Shown here one piece after another: positions 20,609 to 29,559 of a stretch of DNA of 64,000 nucleotides. The stretch lies in the IMG/VR virus record IMGVR_UViG_3300043436_000696; one strand, 5' to 3'. Position 1 is the stretch's first letter. Each line of letters opens with the position of its first letter. A model generated the notes under the pieces. That model searched no databases and had not been told where the DNA came from. It saw only the letters and a list, made by a program, of their open reading frames with translations. Source of the DNA: an uncultured virus (IMG/VR IMGVR_UViG_3300043436_000696). Lineage: Duplodnaviria; Heunggongvirae; Uroviricota; Caudoviricetes. The translations under genes and the position numbers were made by a program.

Positions 20609-20646
20609 AAAACCATCTAGAGAAATCTAGGTGGTTTTTTGTTTTT
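20609..20646 (+). terminator. Rho-independent terminator
   Basis: AAACCATCTAGA-GAAA-TCTAGGTGGTTT stem (one G-U pair) followed by a T run. Confidence 0.85.
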
Positions 20647-20660
20647 ATAGCTGTTTTTCC

Positions 20661-20678
20661 GTATATTATATTGTAGAC
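20661..20678 (+). promoter_or_regulatory. Putative phage-specific promoter motif, copy 1
   Basis: GTATATTATATTGTAGAC; 16/18 identical to 43109..43126; directly downstream of a terminator. Confidence 0.55.
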
Positions 20679-20704
20679 TATCTAAACTTTAAACTTAATA
20701 TTAT

Positions 20705-21208
20705 ATGGCACTAAAAATTACAAGCCAAATTGGAACAGATCGTGGAATTACTTCTGAAGCTTACGTAAGAATTGCTGACTATCAAGTTAGTAAATACGGA
20801 TCTGCTAATTTTAGAATTGAACTATATCAATCTCAAGATGATGTAGTTGTTCCTGGTACATACCCTGCACTTAATATGTCTGGTACTGGACCAGCTCGTA
20901 ACCAACAAATTGGTGAGAGTTTATATGTAGCTATGACTAAACAAGTTACTGAAACTGTTACAGTTACACGTATGGTTCCTGTAGAAGTTGAAGAAGAAGT
21001 ACCTGGTACTCCAGATGCTGATGGAAATCCTACAACTGTTACTACAACTCGTACAGAAATGCAAGAGCAAGATGTAGAAGAAACTGTTACAAAGACTGTA
21101 CCTGATATGTCAGGAGCAGAAGGTGTAGACATCTTTGCTTTTGGATACGGTAAATTAAAAGCTAAACTTCAAGAATTATTTGGAGAAGCAAACGTTGTTG
21201 ATTGTTAA
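20705..21208 (+). CDS. Hypothetical (probable virion) protein
   Basis: 167 aa with Thr/Glu/Val-rich extended hairpin. Confidence 0.7.
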   Translation: MALKITSQIGTDRGITSEAYVRIADYQVSKYGSANFRIELYQSQDDVVVPGTYPALNMSGTGPARNQQIGESLYVAMTKQVTETVTVTRMVPVEVEEEVPGTPDADGNPTTVTTTRTEMQEQDVEETVTKTVPDMSGAEGVDIFAFGYGKLKAKLQELFGEANVVDC

Positions 21209-21232
21209 TAACTCATTGATATATAACTACTT

Positions 21233-22459
21233 ATGTTACCTACTAAATCCAATACTGCTGATAAGGGTTGTGCTCCAGTTTCTTCTAACTGCGTAATATG
21301 GCAGGGTCCGAGCCTGTCATGTATCAACCTTTGCAACGGTGATACCGTATCAGATGTAGTCTACAAACTTGCTGTAGAACTATGTGATTTGCAAGCTCAG
21401 CTAGATCTTTCTGATCTTGACTTAGCATGCGTAGTGCAAGCTTGTCAAACTTGCCCAGAGCCAGTAAAAACCCTATCAGCCGTATTAGATCTTATTATCA
21501 CAAAGACATGTGATTTAGAGCAAATCATTATTGATTTGCAGAATGGTACTAGTGATTACATAGAACCTAATTTGACATTACCTGCATGTTTACAGTATGT
21601 AAATGCTCAGGGTCAGAATGTTACTGTAGTTCCTCACACTACATTTAGTAGTACAATGGCTACTAAGGTTTGTGCTCTTAACACTTTAGTAAACACTCAT
21701 ACTAGTCAAATTACAGGTCATGAGAATAGAATTGTAGTTCTTGAAAACAAGACTGCAGATTTACTTCCTACAATTGTTCCAAACTGTATATATGGATCTG
21801 ATACTAGTGCTAAAACTCTTAACCTAGCTTTAGATACTTTAGAAGATCAGTTTTGTGTTCTTAGAGGAACTTTAGGAACAACTACAGCTATTACAGCTGC
21901 AGCTGCTCAGCAGTGTGCCGGGTTAGCTCAAGCTACAGCATTTTCTCAAAATGGTACTTTAGGAAACATTCCAGGATGGAAACCTACTGTAACTACTCTT
22001 GCTGATTCTTTCCATAACTTATGGTTGACAGTTTGTGATATGAGATCTGCTATGAAAGATGTTCTTACATCAGGTTCTGGTGGAGGTGCATGTTCTGGCT
22101 TTATTCTTAAGTTTGCTGCTTATGCTGATAACAATCGTCAGAATGTTACTTTAAGATTTGATACTTATACAACTATTCCTTTAGGGTTTACAGATTGTGA
22201 TGGGGCAGGTGCTACTGTTACAATTAAAGATAATACTGGTAAAACTTATTCAGGACGTGTAGTATTATCAACTGCAGTAAGTAATACATCAGGTGTAACA
22301 TTTGCTCTTGCTTCATCAGGTTTGAATTTTTCTTCACCATATACTATTACAGTAGATGGTTGTGTAATCAAAGATGGTGTTTCTTGTAACAAAAATTATA
22401 CTGAAACTATTACTGTTCCTTGTCCTACTGTAACAGGTGTAACAGCAACATTAGCTTAA
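21233..22459 (+). CDS. Cys-rich virion structural protein
   Basis: GCAPVSSNCVIWQGPSLSCINLCNGD motif, around 20 Cys, coiled segments and C-terminal beta domain. Confidence 0.6.
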   Translation: MLPTKSNTADKGCAPVSSNCVIWQGPSLSCINLCNGDTVSDVVYKLAVELCDLQAQLDLSDLDLACVVQACQTCPEPVKTLSAVLDLIITKTCDLEQIIIDLQNGTSDYIEPNLTLPACLQYVNAQGQNVTVVPHTTFSSTMATKVCALNTLVNTHTSQITGHENRIVVLENKTADLLPTIVPNCIYGSDTSAKTLNLALDTLEDQFCVLRGTLGTTTAITAAAAQQCAGLAQATAFSQNGTLGNIPGWKPTVTTLADSFHNLWLTVCDMRSAMKDVLTSGSGGGACSGFILKFAAYADNNRQNVTLRFDTYTTIPLGFTDCDGAGATVTIKDNTGKTYSGRVVLSTAVSNTSGVTFALASSGLNFSSPYTITVDGCVIKDGVSCNKNYTETITVPCPTVTGVTATLA

Positions 22460-22478
22460 TATTTAAAATAATTATACT

Positions 22479-22925
22479 ATGGCTTGTCACGGTTGTAATG
22501 ATACTCCTCTTCCACTAACTAACTGTAATGATGGTTGTGCGGATTGTAGTCCTACGAATGCAGTAGGATTGCCTGATTGTCCTCCGTCTAGTGAACCTTG
22601 TGAAGATTTGTTATATAGTGAGTGTTTAAAATACACTGGTCCTAATTTACCTACTTTAGGTATTACTAATGGCATGCGTTTAAAGACTGCACTAGCAGCT
22701 TTGAATGTTGTATTATTAGGAGCTAATCCAGCAGCAAGAAATCATGTAATCACTGTAACTGCTGTACAAAAGAAAGCTACTGTTGAATACTTAAGTAAAC
22801 TTGGAGTAATCACTTCAATTACTGTTACTAATACAACTAGTCCTCAAACAATTTGTGCTTTGTTAAATACACCAGCTATTGTATCTGGTAGTGGTAGTAT
22901 TTCAGCTACTACAACAACTTGCTAA
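22479..22925 (+). CDS. Cys-rich small virion protein
   Basis: Cys-rich N-terminus; SECLKYTGPNL..LGITNG resembles SNCVIWQGPSL..INLCNG of the previous gene. Confidence 0.6.
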   Translation: MACHGCNDTPLPLTNCNDGCADCSPTNAVGLPDCPPSSEPCEDLLYSECLKYTGPNLPTLGITNGMRLKTALAALNVVLLGANPAARNHVITVTAVQKKATVEYLSKLGVITSITVTNTTSPQTICALLNTPAIVSGSGSISATTTTC

Positions 22926-22934
22926 AACTAATAT

Positions 22935-23366
22935 ATGTTACCTGAATGTGATAAATATAGAGTGCTAAGTTTAAGCTTTGCTAATCCTGAAGTAGAACCA
23001 TCTAATGGGTATAATGTACAATGGAGAGCTGTAGGAAATACTGAATGGAATACTGTAGTAGGAATACTTAATAATCCTATTCTTATTCCAAATGTTCCAG
23101 CTTGTTATAATATTGAAGGAACTATACAAGCAAATTGTGGAGATGGTAACTTAGGTAAAACTAGTTACTTTGCTGTATCTGGTTCTGTTAAGACTTGTTT
23201 CCTATATTCATTAGCTACAAACGGCACTACATATACTTATACATCTTGTAGTACAAATCAAGCTACTTCTGTAACAGTAGGATCAAGTGGTGCTGTTACT
23301 ATTTCAGCTTATGAAGGTAGTATTAGCCCTATGACTGGGGTATCACGTTTAGATGTAATTGCATAA
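22935..23366 (+). CDS. FN3/Ig-like domain protein, paralogue 1
   Basis: GYNVQWR...YNIEGTIQANCG motif shared with next two genes. Confidence 0.55.
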   Translation: MLPECDKYRVLSLSFANPEVEPSNGYNVQWRAVGNTEWNTVVGILNNPILIPNVPACYNIEGTIQANCGDGNLGKTSYFAVSGSVKTCFLYSLATNGTTYTYTSCSTNQATSVTVGSSGAVTISAYEGSISPMTGVSRLDVIA

Positions 23367-23369
23367 TAA

Positions 23370-23927
23370 ATGGCAACATTAACTATAACTTTTACTGGTA
23401 CAACACCTGCTCCAATTGGAGGCTACGTAGTTAAATACTGGCCTGTTGGAAGACCTAACGATGGTGATGGAAAAACTGTTACAGCAAGTCCTGCTGTTTT
23501 TAATAATGTTCCTGCTGGTGTATATGATGGAACAATTCAAGCTGCTTGTGGGGGTGGAGTTTTAAGTACTCCTGTTGCATTTAATGTAAACCTTGTTGAA
23601 ACAGTTCCTTATTCAATTACTGGAGGTACTCCTAGTGCTAGTTGTAGTAATCCTTCTAGTGGTATTCTTGTAGTTAATTCTACAGGATACAAAGCTAAAG
23701 TAACTACTGTTTATTATAGTGGTACTGGATCAAGACCAGGAGCTACTCTTACTATTAAGCAAGGACAAAATATAATAGCTACTGTATCATCTCCTGTAAC
23801 TACTAGTAATACTCCTTCTACAGTAGCATCTGCTAATATTCCTGTAGGAAATTATACATGGATTCTTACAGAAGTTAACTGTAGTAATGGTAGTGGAGTA
23901 TCTTCATTTTCAATGTCTAATACATAA
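23370..23927 (+). CDS. FN3/Ig-like domain protein, paralogue 2
   Basis: LTITFT...GYVVKYWP...YDGTIQAACG. Confidence 0.55.
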   Translation: MATLTITFTGTTPAPIGGYVVKYWPVGRPNDGDGKTVTASPAVFNNVPAGVYDGTIQAACGGGVLSTPVAFNVNLVETVPYSITGGTPSASCSNPSSGILVVNSTGYKAKVTTVYYSGTGSRPGATLTIKQGQNIIATVSSPVTTSNTPSTVASANIPVGNYTWILTEVNCSNGSGVSSFSMSNT

Positions 23928-23930
23928 TAG

Positions 23931-25250
23931 ATGCCATATAGTTTAACCATAAATTTTACACCTCCAACTGGAAACGGTTATCAGTTTGTAAATGGAGATT
24001 ACCGTATTAAATATTGGCCAACAAGCAGTCCTTCTAATGTTAGTACTGTATTTACTAGAGCATTTCCTTTAGTACTTACAGATTTAAACTCAACAAGTTA
24101 TTCTGGAACAATAGAAGCTAAATGTGGAGATATATACGGAAGTCCAAGATCTTTTGGTCCTGTTGTTATTGCAGGTTCAGGTGGAGGAGGCGGTGGTACA
24201 ACCCCAGCATGTCCTTATAGAGTTGTGCTTTATGAAGATGAATCTGTAAGCTATCCTATTGGAGCATCTGGTAATACAACAGGTTGTGCTAAACCTGGTT
24301 ATAGAATTAAACTTACTACTGAAGGTGGAGCTCTTGTAACTACGTCTACAGCATTAACTGTAGGTGTTACTTATACTGTTGAAACAGGAGATTGTGCTAA
24401 TCCTATAAGTGTTGAAACTTTTTCTACTACCCTTACTATCCCTGCAGGTTCTTCTATATCTTCTGGTGCAGCAGGAACAAGTTCAAGTTGTTATAATTAT
24501 CATGTAGTTGGTAATAATGGTACAAATAATAGAGATACAGTTAACTGGTCATATGTTAGTTGTGCGGGACTTACCATAGATCGTACTATTGTAAATACAA
24601 ATGATACTGATGTTTGTGCAAGACAAGGTAGTATTAGCGGTTCTGTTGACGAAACTGAGGGTACAGCTTGTGGTACAGTTACTACATCTGGTGCATATTT
24701 ACAAGTAACTCAAGCTAATCAAAGAATTAGTAGTGTTAGTTTTTCAGCAGGAAATCCTACTACATTAGTAAACGGAACTCTTACTTGCAATTTAACTTAC
24801 GTTGGTGGTTCCGCAACTTTACCTACTCAAAATATTTATTTAAATGTAACAGAAACTACAGCAGGATCAAGTAAGACAATAACATGGTATTTTTCAAATA
24901 GTGCAAGTGGTCCTATAAATGCTAGTCTTCCTTTTGATGTAAAACTATCATATGAAGCTAGTGGATATGGTGTATCAGGAGGTTCACAAAATGTATTGTC
25001 TACAATAGATGTAACTAGTTTAGAGATAGCTTCTAGTGAAACCATGCAAGGTCAAGGCACTACTGCTTATAACTGGGTTAGTGTGTTTAATTTAGAAGTA
25101 TCATTTAGATCAAGTAGTTCTGGTAATTATAATACACCTGTTACAATGCTTAACTCATCAGGAGGTTATCAAAATAATCCTGTTAGTTATACATATAATG
25201 GTACTATTTATAAAATTAATTTATATAGAAATCCTACTACAGCTTATTAA
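23931..25250 (+). CDS. FN3/Ig-like multidomain protein, paralogue 3
   Basis: LTINFT...YRIKYWP...YSGTIEAKCG, Gly linker, then Cys/Thr/Ser-rich beta domains. Confidence 0.55.
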   Translation: MPYSLTINFTPPTGNGYQFVNGDYRIKYWPTSSPSNVSTVFTRAFPLVLTDLNSTSYSGTIEAKCGDIYGSPRSFGPVVIAGSGGGGGGTTPACPYRVVLYEDESVSYPIGASGNTTGCAKPGYRIKLTTEGGALVTTSTALTVGVTYTVETGDCANPISVETFSTTLTIPAGSSISSGAAGTSSSCYNYHVVGNNGTNNRDTVNWSYVSCAGLTIDRTIVNTNDTDVCARQGSISGSVDETEGTACGTVTTSGAYLQVTQANQRISSVSFSAGNPTTLVNGTLTCNLTYVGGSATLPTQNIYLNVTETTAGSSKTITWYFSNSASGPINASLPFDVKLSYEASGYGVSGGSQNVLSTIDVTSLEIASSETMQGQGTTAYNWVSVFNLEVSFRSSSSGNYNTPVTMLNSSGGYQNNPVSYTYNGTIYKINLYRNPTTAY

Positions 25251-25297
25251 AATAATAAAAAAGTCAGTGGTTTTGTTGGTTTCCACCTGACAAACAA

Positions 25298-25331
25298 AGC
25301 CCTGCCATTTCTATGGTGGGGCTATATTTTT
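25298..25331 (+). terminator. Rho-independent terminator
   Basis: AGCCCTGCCAT-TTCT-ATGGTGGGGCT stem (two G-U pairs) followed by ATATTTTT. Confidence 0.7.
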
Positions 25332-25417
25332 AAACCAATGTGGATATTATGTGTATAATAAAAGTTATAAACAAAAAACTTACTCTAACTTTATACACCA
25401 TATACTAAACTCTACTT

Positions 25418-26734
25418 ATGAATTTAATCAACCAAGTGTATGGGTCTCTCCGTTGGAAGAAAACGGATGAAGTCTGTGCTGCTAAATTAGGTATTTCTCT
25501 TCAAAAATACCAAGAAATTAAGAAACAAATTTTATCGGTTAAAGATATCTTACAAGATGAGTTAGACAGTAGTCTAGTTAATATTGTAGGTCAACGTATG
25601 TTAGAATTGATAGATGATAATACTATCAAAAATCAATATATATCAGACCTTGAAGATCAATTAGTTGACAGTATTAATCAGCAAAAAGAAAAGGTTGTAG
25701 AGTGGAAAGAAAACCTAGAAGAAGGTACAGCTGAGATTAAAGGTATAGCTTTTGCTGAACCTAAAAGCCCAGAAGAAATTATCCGTATCTTAAAGATAGA
25801 TACAGATAAATGGAAACTTAGTTCATATTGGAATAAACAACAAAAAGACTATTGGCTTATTTCAGCCATGGTTACCCAAAAGAAACTTGAACCTCAGGAT
25901 TTTTTAAGTGAGACTATCAAGAACTTTACTCCCAAATATACACCCGTTGCTAAGGTATTTATAAATGACAAGTTTTCTGAACCTACAGTGGGGGTTCTGT
26001 CTATACAGGATCTCCACTTTGGTAAAGAAGGTAACTTGTCTATAGTAGATGACTTTAAAGAATCTATTACATACTTAGTAACTAAATCATATTCTGCTCA
26101 CAATTTAGAAAAGATCATTTATGTTATAGGGGGAGACCTTTTAAACATGGATACTTTCTCTGGGTTAACTACTAAGGGAACACCTGTAGACTCTGACCTT
26201 AGAGCTCAGGATGCCTATAACGAGGCTTTTGATGCTATGTTCTGGTCAGTTAACTTTATTAAACAATTCTGTAAAGAATTAGAAGTGGTTTACTTACCTG
26301 GTAACCATGACCGTTTATCCTCTTATCATTTAGTGCATGCTTTATCTAAGTGTTTTACTAAAGATATATCTATTCAATTTAACGCTACTTATGAAGAAAG
26401 AAAAGTTATTACCTGGGGTGATAACTTCTTTGCATTTGAGCATGGGGACGTTACTAAGAAAATGACTCCTTTAGTTTATGCTACAGAATTCCCTGTTCAA
26501 TGGGGATTAACTAAATATAGAACTTGTTATACTGGACACTTTCATACTAAGAAAGTAACTGAATTTGTAACAGACAATGAAGTTCATGGCTTTTCAATTA
26601 AACATCTTCCTTCCTTATCTAAGTCAGACTACTGGCATTATCATAATAAATTTACAGGATCTAAACGTCAAGCTGTTATGGAAATCCATAACCTTACTAG
26701 AGGCAAAATATCTGAGTTTACATTTAATGCTTAA
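25418..26734 (+). CDS. Calcineurin-like metallophosphoesterase with N-terminal HTH-like region
   Basis: All five motifs: QDLHFG, GGDLL, PGNHD, EHGD, GHFH; N-terminal VCAAKLGISLQKY HTH-like. Confidence 0.85.
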   Translation: MNLINQVYGSLRWKKTDEVCAAKLGISLQKYQEIKKQILSVKDILQDELDSSLVNIVGQRMLELIDDNTIKNQYISDLEDQLVDSINQQKEKVVEWKENLEEGTAEIKGIAFAEPKSPEEIIRILKIDTDKWKLSSYWNKQQKDYWLISAMVTQKKLEPQDFLSETIKNFTPKYTPVAKVFINDKFSEPTVGVLSIQDLHFGKEGNLSIVDDFKESITYLVTKSYSAHNLEKIIYVIGGDLLNMDTFSGLTTKGTPVDSDLRAQDAYNEAFDAMFWSVNFIKQFCKELEVVYLPGNHDRLSSYHLVHALSKCFTKDISIQFNATYEERKVITWGDNFFAFEHGDVTKKMTPLVYATEFPVQWGLTKYRTCYTGHFHTKKVTEFVTDNEVHGFSIKHLPSLSKSDYWHYHNKFTGSKRQAVMEIHNLTRGKISEFTFNA

Positions 26735-26741
26735 ACATTAA

Positions 26742-26790
26742 AAGTTTAACTAGGAAACTTCATAGATTTTTCGTAAATTATTAATGTAGA
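26742..26790 (+). promoter_or_regulatory. Putative phage-specific promoter motif, copy 2 (variant)
   Basis: AAGTTT-n7-AAACTT...GATTTTTC-GTAAATTATTAATGTAGA just before GTG 26797; same layout as 43078..43126. Confidence 0.5.
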
Positions 26791-26796
26791 ACTATA

Positions 26797-27381
26797 GTGA
26801 AAACATACCAAAAGCCAGACTTAAACGCTCCTAGATATAGACCTAAAAAGCTAAACTTAACAAACACAGAGTTTTATAATAAGTTTATTGAGGAAAATCC
26901 TAAATATGCTTCTATTACTCCTGATCAATTTAAGGAAGTAATTAAAACTTTTAATGGTAAGATTTGGGAAACAGCAGTCAATGAACGAGATGGTATAGAA
27001 TTACCTGAACAGCTTGGGTATATTTTTATTGGTACTTGTCCTAGATCTAAAAAGAAAAATGTAGACTTTAAAAAGTCAGAGCATTTTGGAATGACTGTAC
27101 AAAATCAGAATTGGGAATCAGATCAGTATATTGCTAAGATCTTTTATACCAACTTTGAAACTAAGTATAGATTTAAATATAATGACATGTGGGGGTTTGC
27201 TGCACTAAGAGATTTTAAAAGAACAGTGGCTAAAACCTATCCTAAAGAATGGAAGAAGTATGTTATTGTAGATAATCTAGTAAGAGTGAGTAGGATATTT
27301 AGAAAGGAAAAGTATAAAGATTTTAAAAAGATTGAAACTATAGATCTACTTAAAAATTATGATGAGTTTAATTTAGACTAA
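26797..27381 (+). CDS. IHF/HU-like basic protein of the crAss-like tail module
   Basis: Lys-rich; EVIKTFNGKIWE...GIELPEQLGYIFI recalls HU/IHF helix plus V.L..FG strand; synteny before ring genes. Confidence 0.6.
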   Translation: MKTYQKPDLNAPRYRPKKLNLTNTEFYNKFIEENPKYASITPDQFKEVIKTFNGKIWETAVNERDGIELPEQLGYIFIGTCPRSKKKNVDFKKSEHFGMTVQNQNWESDQYIAKIFYTNFETKYRFKYNDMWGFAALRDFKRTVAKTYPKEWKKYVIVDNLVRVSRIFRKEKYKDFKKIETIDLLKNYDEFNLD

Positions 27382-27386
27382 TTAAT

Positions 27387-28061
27387 ATGTCAAAGAACAC
27401 AGTAGGAGATGTTATCTCAAGAATTCGTAGTCAAGTAAAAGCGGTGAGGCAAGACTCTATGCTTACTGACCGTCTTATATATAGTTTTATACTTAAGCAT
27501 TCTAAATGGTTAATGAAACGTGAAGACAGTAAGAACAAACTTATGTCTTTTTCTGGAGTTATGCAAACCATGGATTATGTTGAACTTATAGAGGTAGATA
27601 AGGTACAAGCTAGATGTACAGGTCTCAGTACTGATTGTACTATTAAAAGAACTAAAAGAAAATTACCTGTATTTTTACAAGGATACTATGGTCCTCTTGT
27701 ACGTACTGTAGCTTCTTTAGATGGCTCTGAAGAGTTACAACCTATTCTTCCTACAACTTATTTAGCTTTAAGTAAGAGTAAGAACTTTAAATATAACAAA
27801 ACTAAATACTATTGGTTTCTAGATGACTATATGTATTTTCCTAATCTTGATTGGGATGGTGTACGTATAGAAGGTATTTTTGAAGATGATATTAGTTTAT
27901 ACACTTGTGCTGATGATTCTTGTGTTACAAGAACAGATTTACAGTTTAATGTACCTGACTATCTTCATGGAGAAATGGAAGCATCAGTATTAAAAGATCT
28001 TATTTCTATGTACCAATTACCATCAGACACTTCTGCTGATAAACAAAATCCTTTAAGATAA
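27387..28061 (+). CDS. Tail ring/adaptor protein (crAss-like)
   Basis: N-terminal helical pair, ELIEVD...C...C..KRT..KLP, YWFLDDYMY, GIFED pattern; position between IHF-like and muzzle genes. Confidence 0.6.
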   Translation: MSKNTVGDVISRIRSQVKAVRQDSMLTDRLIYSFILKHSKWLMKREDSKNKLMSFSGVMQTMDYVELIEVDKVQARCTGLSTDCTIKRTKRKLPVFLQGYYGPLVRTVASLDGSEELQPILPTTYLALSKSKNFKYNKTKYYWFLDDYMYFPNLDWDGVRIEGIFEDDISLYTCADDSCVTRTDLQFNVPDYLHGEMEASVLKDLISMYQLPSDTSADKQNPLR

Positions 28062-28062
28062 A

Positions 28063-28302
28063 ATGGCAAAAGCTTATAAAAAGTATATTCTTATTGACCA
28101 TGGTAATAATAGACATGTGTTTATTAATAGCCTTGGTGAATTAACTGCATGGTTTGCTGGTCAAACTCCTGCTGTAGATATTAGTACATTACCTGTAGAT
28201 GGTAGTGGTGTATTTACTACATTAAAACTTATCAGAACAGATAATGGTGTTATAGTACCAATTAAGAAAGTAGTTAACAACGCATCTGTTTGTTTTCAAT
28301 AA
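28063..28302 (+). CDS. Hypothetical protein
   Basis: 79-aa ORF tightly packed between ring genes. Confidence 0.65.
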   Translation: MAKAYKKYILIDHGNNRHVFINSLGELTAWFAGQTPAVDISTLPVDGSGVFTTLKLIRTDNGVIVPIKKVVNNASVCFQ

Positions 28303-28309
28303 TTAAGAA

Positions 28310-29191
28310 ATGAATACAGAATTAAAATATAGAACCTTTGATGAACTCTTAGATGAGGTATCTGTAGACTTTAAAGTTTACAGTAATGAAGGTATGATTG
28401 AACCTGGAGAACTTATTAAGGTTGCTCAAAGAGTTACCTATGATCTTGGTTTACGTATCCATAAAACAAAGGAAGTTATTTTAGATGTTGAAAAAAGAAG
28501 AGCTAAACTACCTGATGATTTTTATGTGGTAAATTATGCAATGTTAATTGGTAGATACAAAATTAGTACTCCGGCCATTCAAGGTGACCAAAGAGAGTCT
28601 ATATGTGTAGCATCAGTATGTAGAAAATGTCATGGTAATTCTAATGAATGTGGTTGTGATGATCTTTATTCTGTAGCTGTAGATGTACATGGTGATGACT
28701 CAGGAAGTTTAGTACTAGTACAAAAGATTAAGTCAGAAACTAGAGTGTATGATCATTTTGAAAGAATTCATTTAGGTGGTGGTAAGTATTTACAAAATGA
28801 TGAGTTACATGGTGATAGACCATGTCCTAATAATGGAGAAATAAAAAATGGATATATTTATACTAACTTACAAGAGGGTAAAATATATCTTTCTTATGAA
28901 GGAGCATTAGAAGATGATGAAGGTAATTTACTTGTATTAGATCATCCTATGATTAACGAGTATTACGAGTATGCATTAAAACAACGTATTCTAGAAAATT
29001 TATTTATGTCAGGTGAGGAGGTTTCTCAAAAGATGCAACTAATTGAAACTAGATTAAGAGCTGCTAGAAACTATGCACTTACTATTGTTAATACTCCAAA
29101 CTTCTCAGAGATGAAGAAGTTATGGGAAATGAATCGTAGAGCTCAGTATAATAAATACTATGATATGTTTAAGTCTGGACAACAATTCTAG
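28310..29191 (+). CDS. Tail tubular/ring protein (Ttub-like)
   Basis: LPDDF and NGYIYTNLQEGKIYLSYEGALEDDEGNLLVLDHP motifs typical of crAss-like ring proteins; Cys-rich insertion. Confidence 0.7.
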   Translation: MNTELKYRTFDELLDEVSVDFKVYSNEGMIEPGELIKVAQRVTYDLGLRIHKTKEVILDVEKRRAKLPDDFYVVNYAMLIGRYKISTPAIQGDQRESICVASVCRKCHGNSNECGCDDLYSVAVDVHGDDSGSLVLVQKIKSETRVYDHFERIHLGGGKYLQNDELHGDRPCPNNGEIKNGYIYTNLQEGKIYLSYEGALEDDEGNLLVLDHPMINEYYEYALKQRILENLFMSGEEVSQKMQLIETRLRAARNYALTIVNTPNFSEMKKLWEMNRRAQYNKYYDMFKSGQQF

Positions 29192-29196
29192 CTTTT

Positions 29197-29559
29197 ATGA
29201 AAATAACTACCACTATAAAAATACCTACATATAGTTGTGAACTTGTTGTTGTAATTGTAGATAGTGTAGCTGAAGAAGCTGAAAAGCTTTATAAGAAATA
29301 TAAGTTAAAAGAAGACTTTGGAGATGAAGCTGAAGGAGCTGTTATTATGTTAGATATAGATAAATATTATCTTTTGTTAGGTAACAAGTTTTTATCTCAT
29401 AATACAATAGCTCATGAAATATACCACGCTGTAGTAAGAGTCACTGAAGATAGAGGAATAGTAGAAGAAGAAGCTCAAGCTTGGTTAGCCGGTCATGTGA
29501 CTGGTGTTATTTATAAATTTTTACATAAGAAGAATCTTGTTATAACTCATGGCAGATAA
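29197..29559 (+). CDS. Small HExxH zincin-like protein
   Basis: NTIAHEIYHAV...EEEAQAWLAG. Confidence 0.7.
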   Translation: MKITTTIKIPTYSCELVVVIVDSVAEEAEKLYKKYKLKEDFGDEAEGAVIMLDIDKYYLLLGNKFLSHNTIAHEIYHAVVRVTEDRGIVEEEAQAWLAGHVTGVIYKFLHKKNLVITHGR

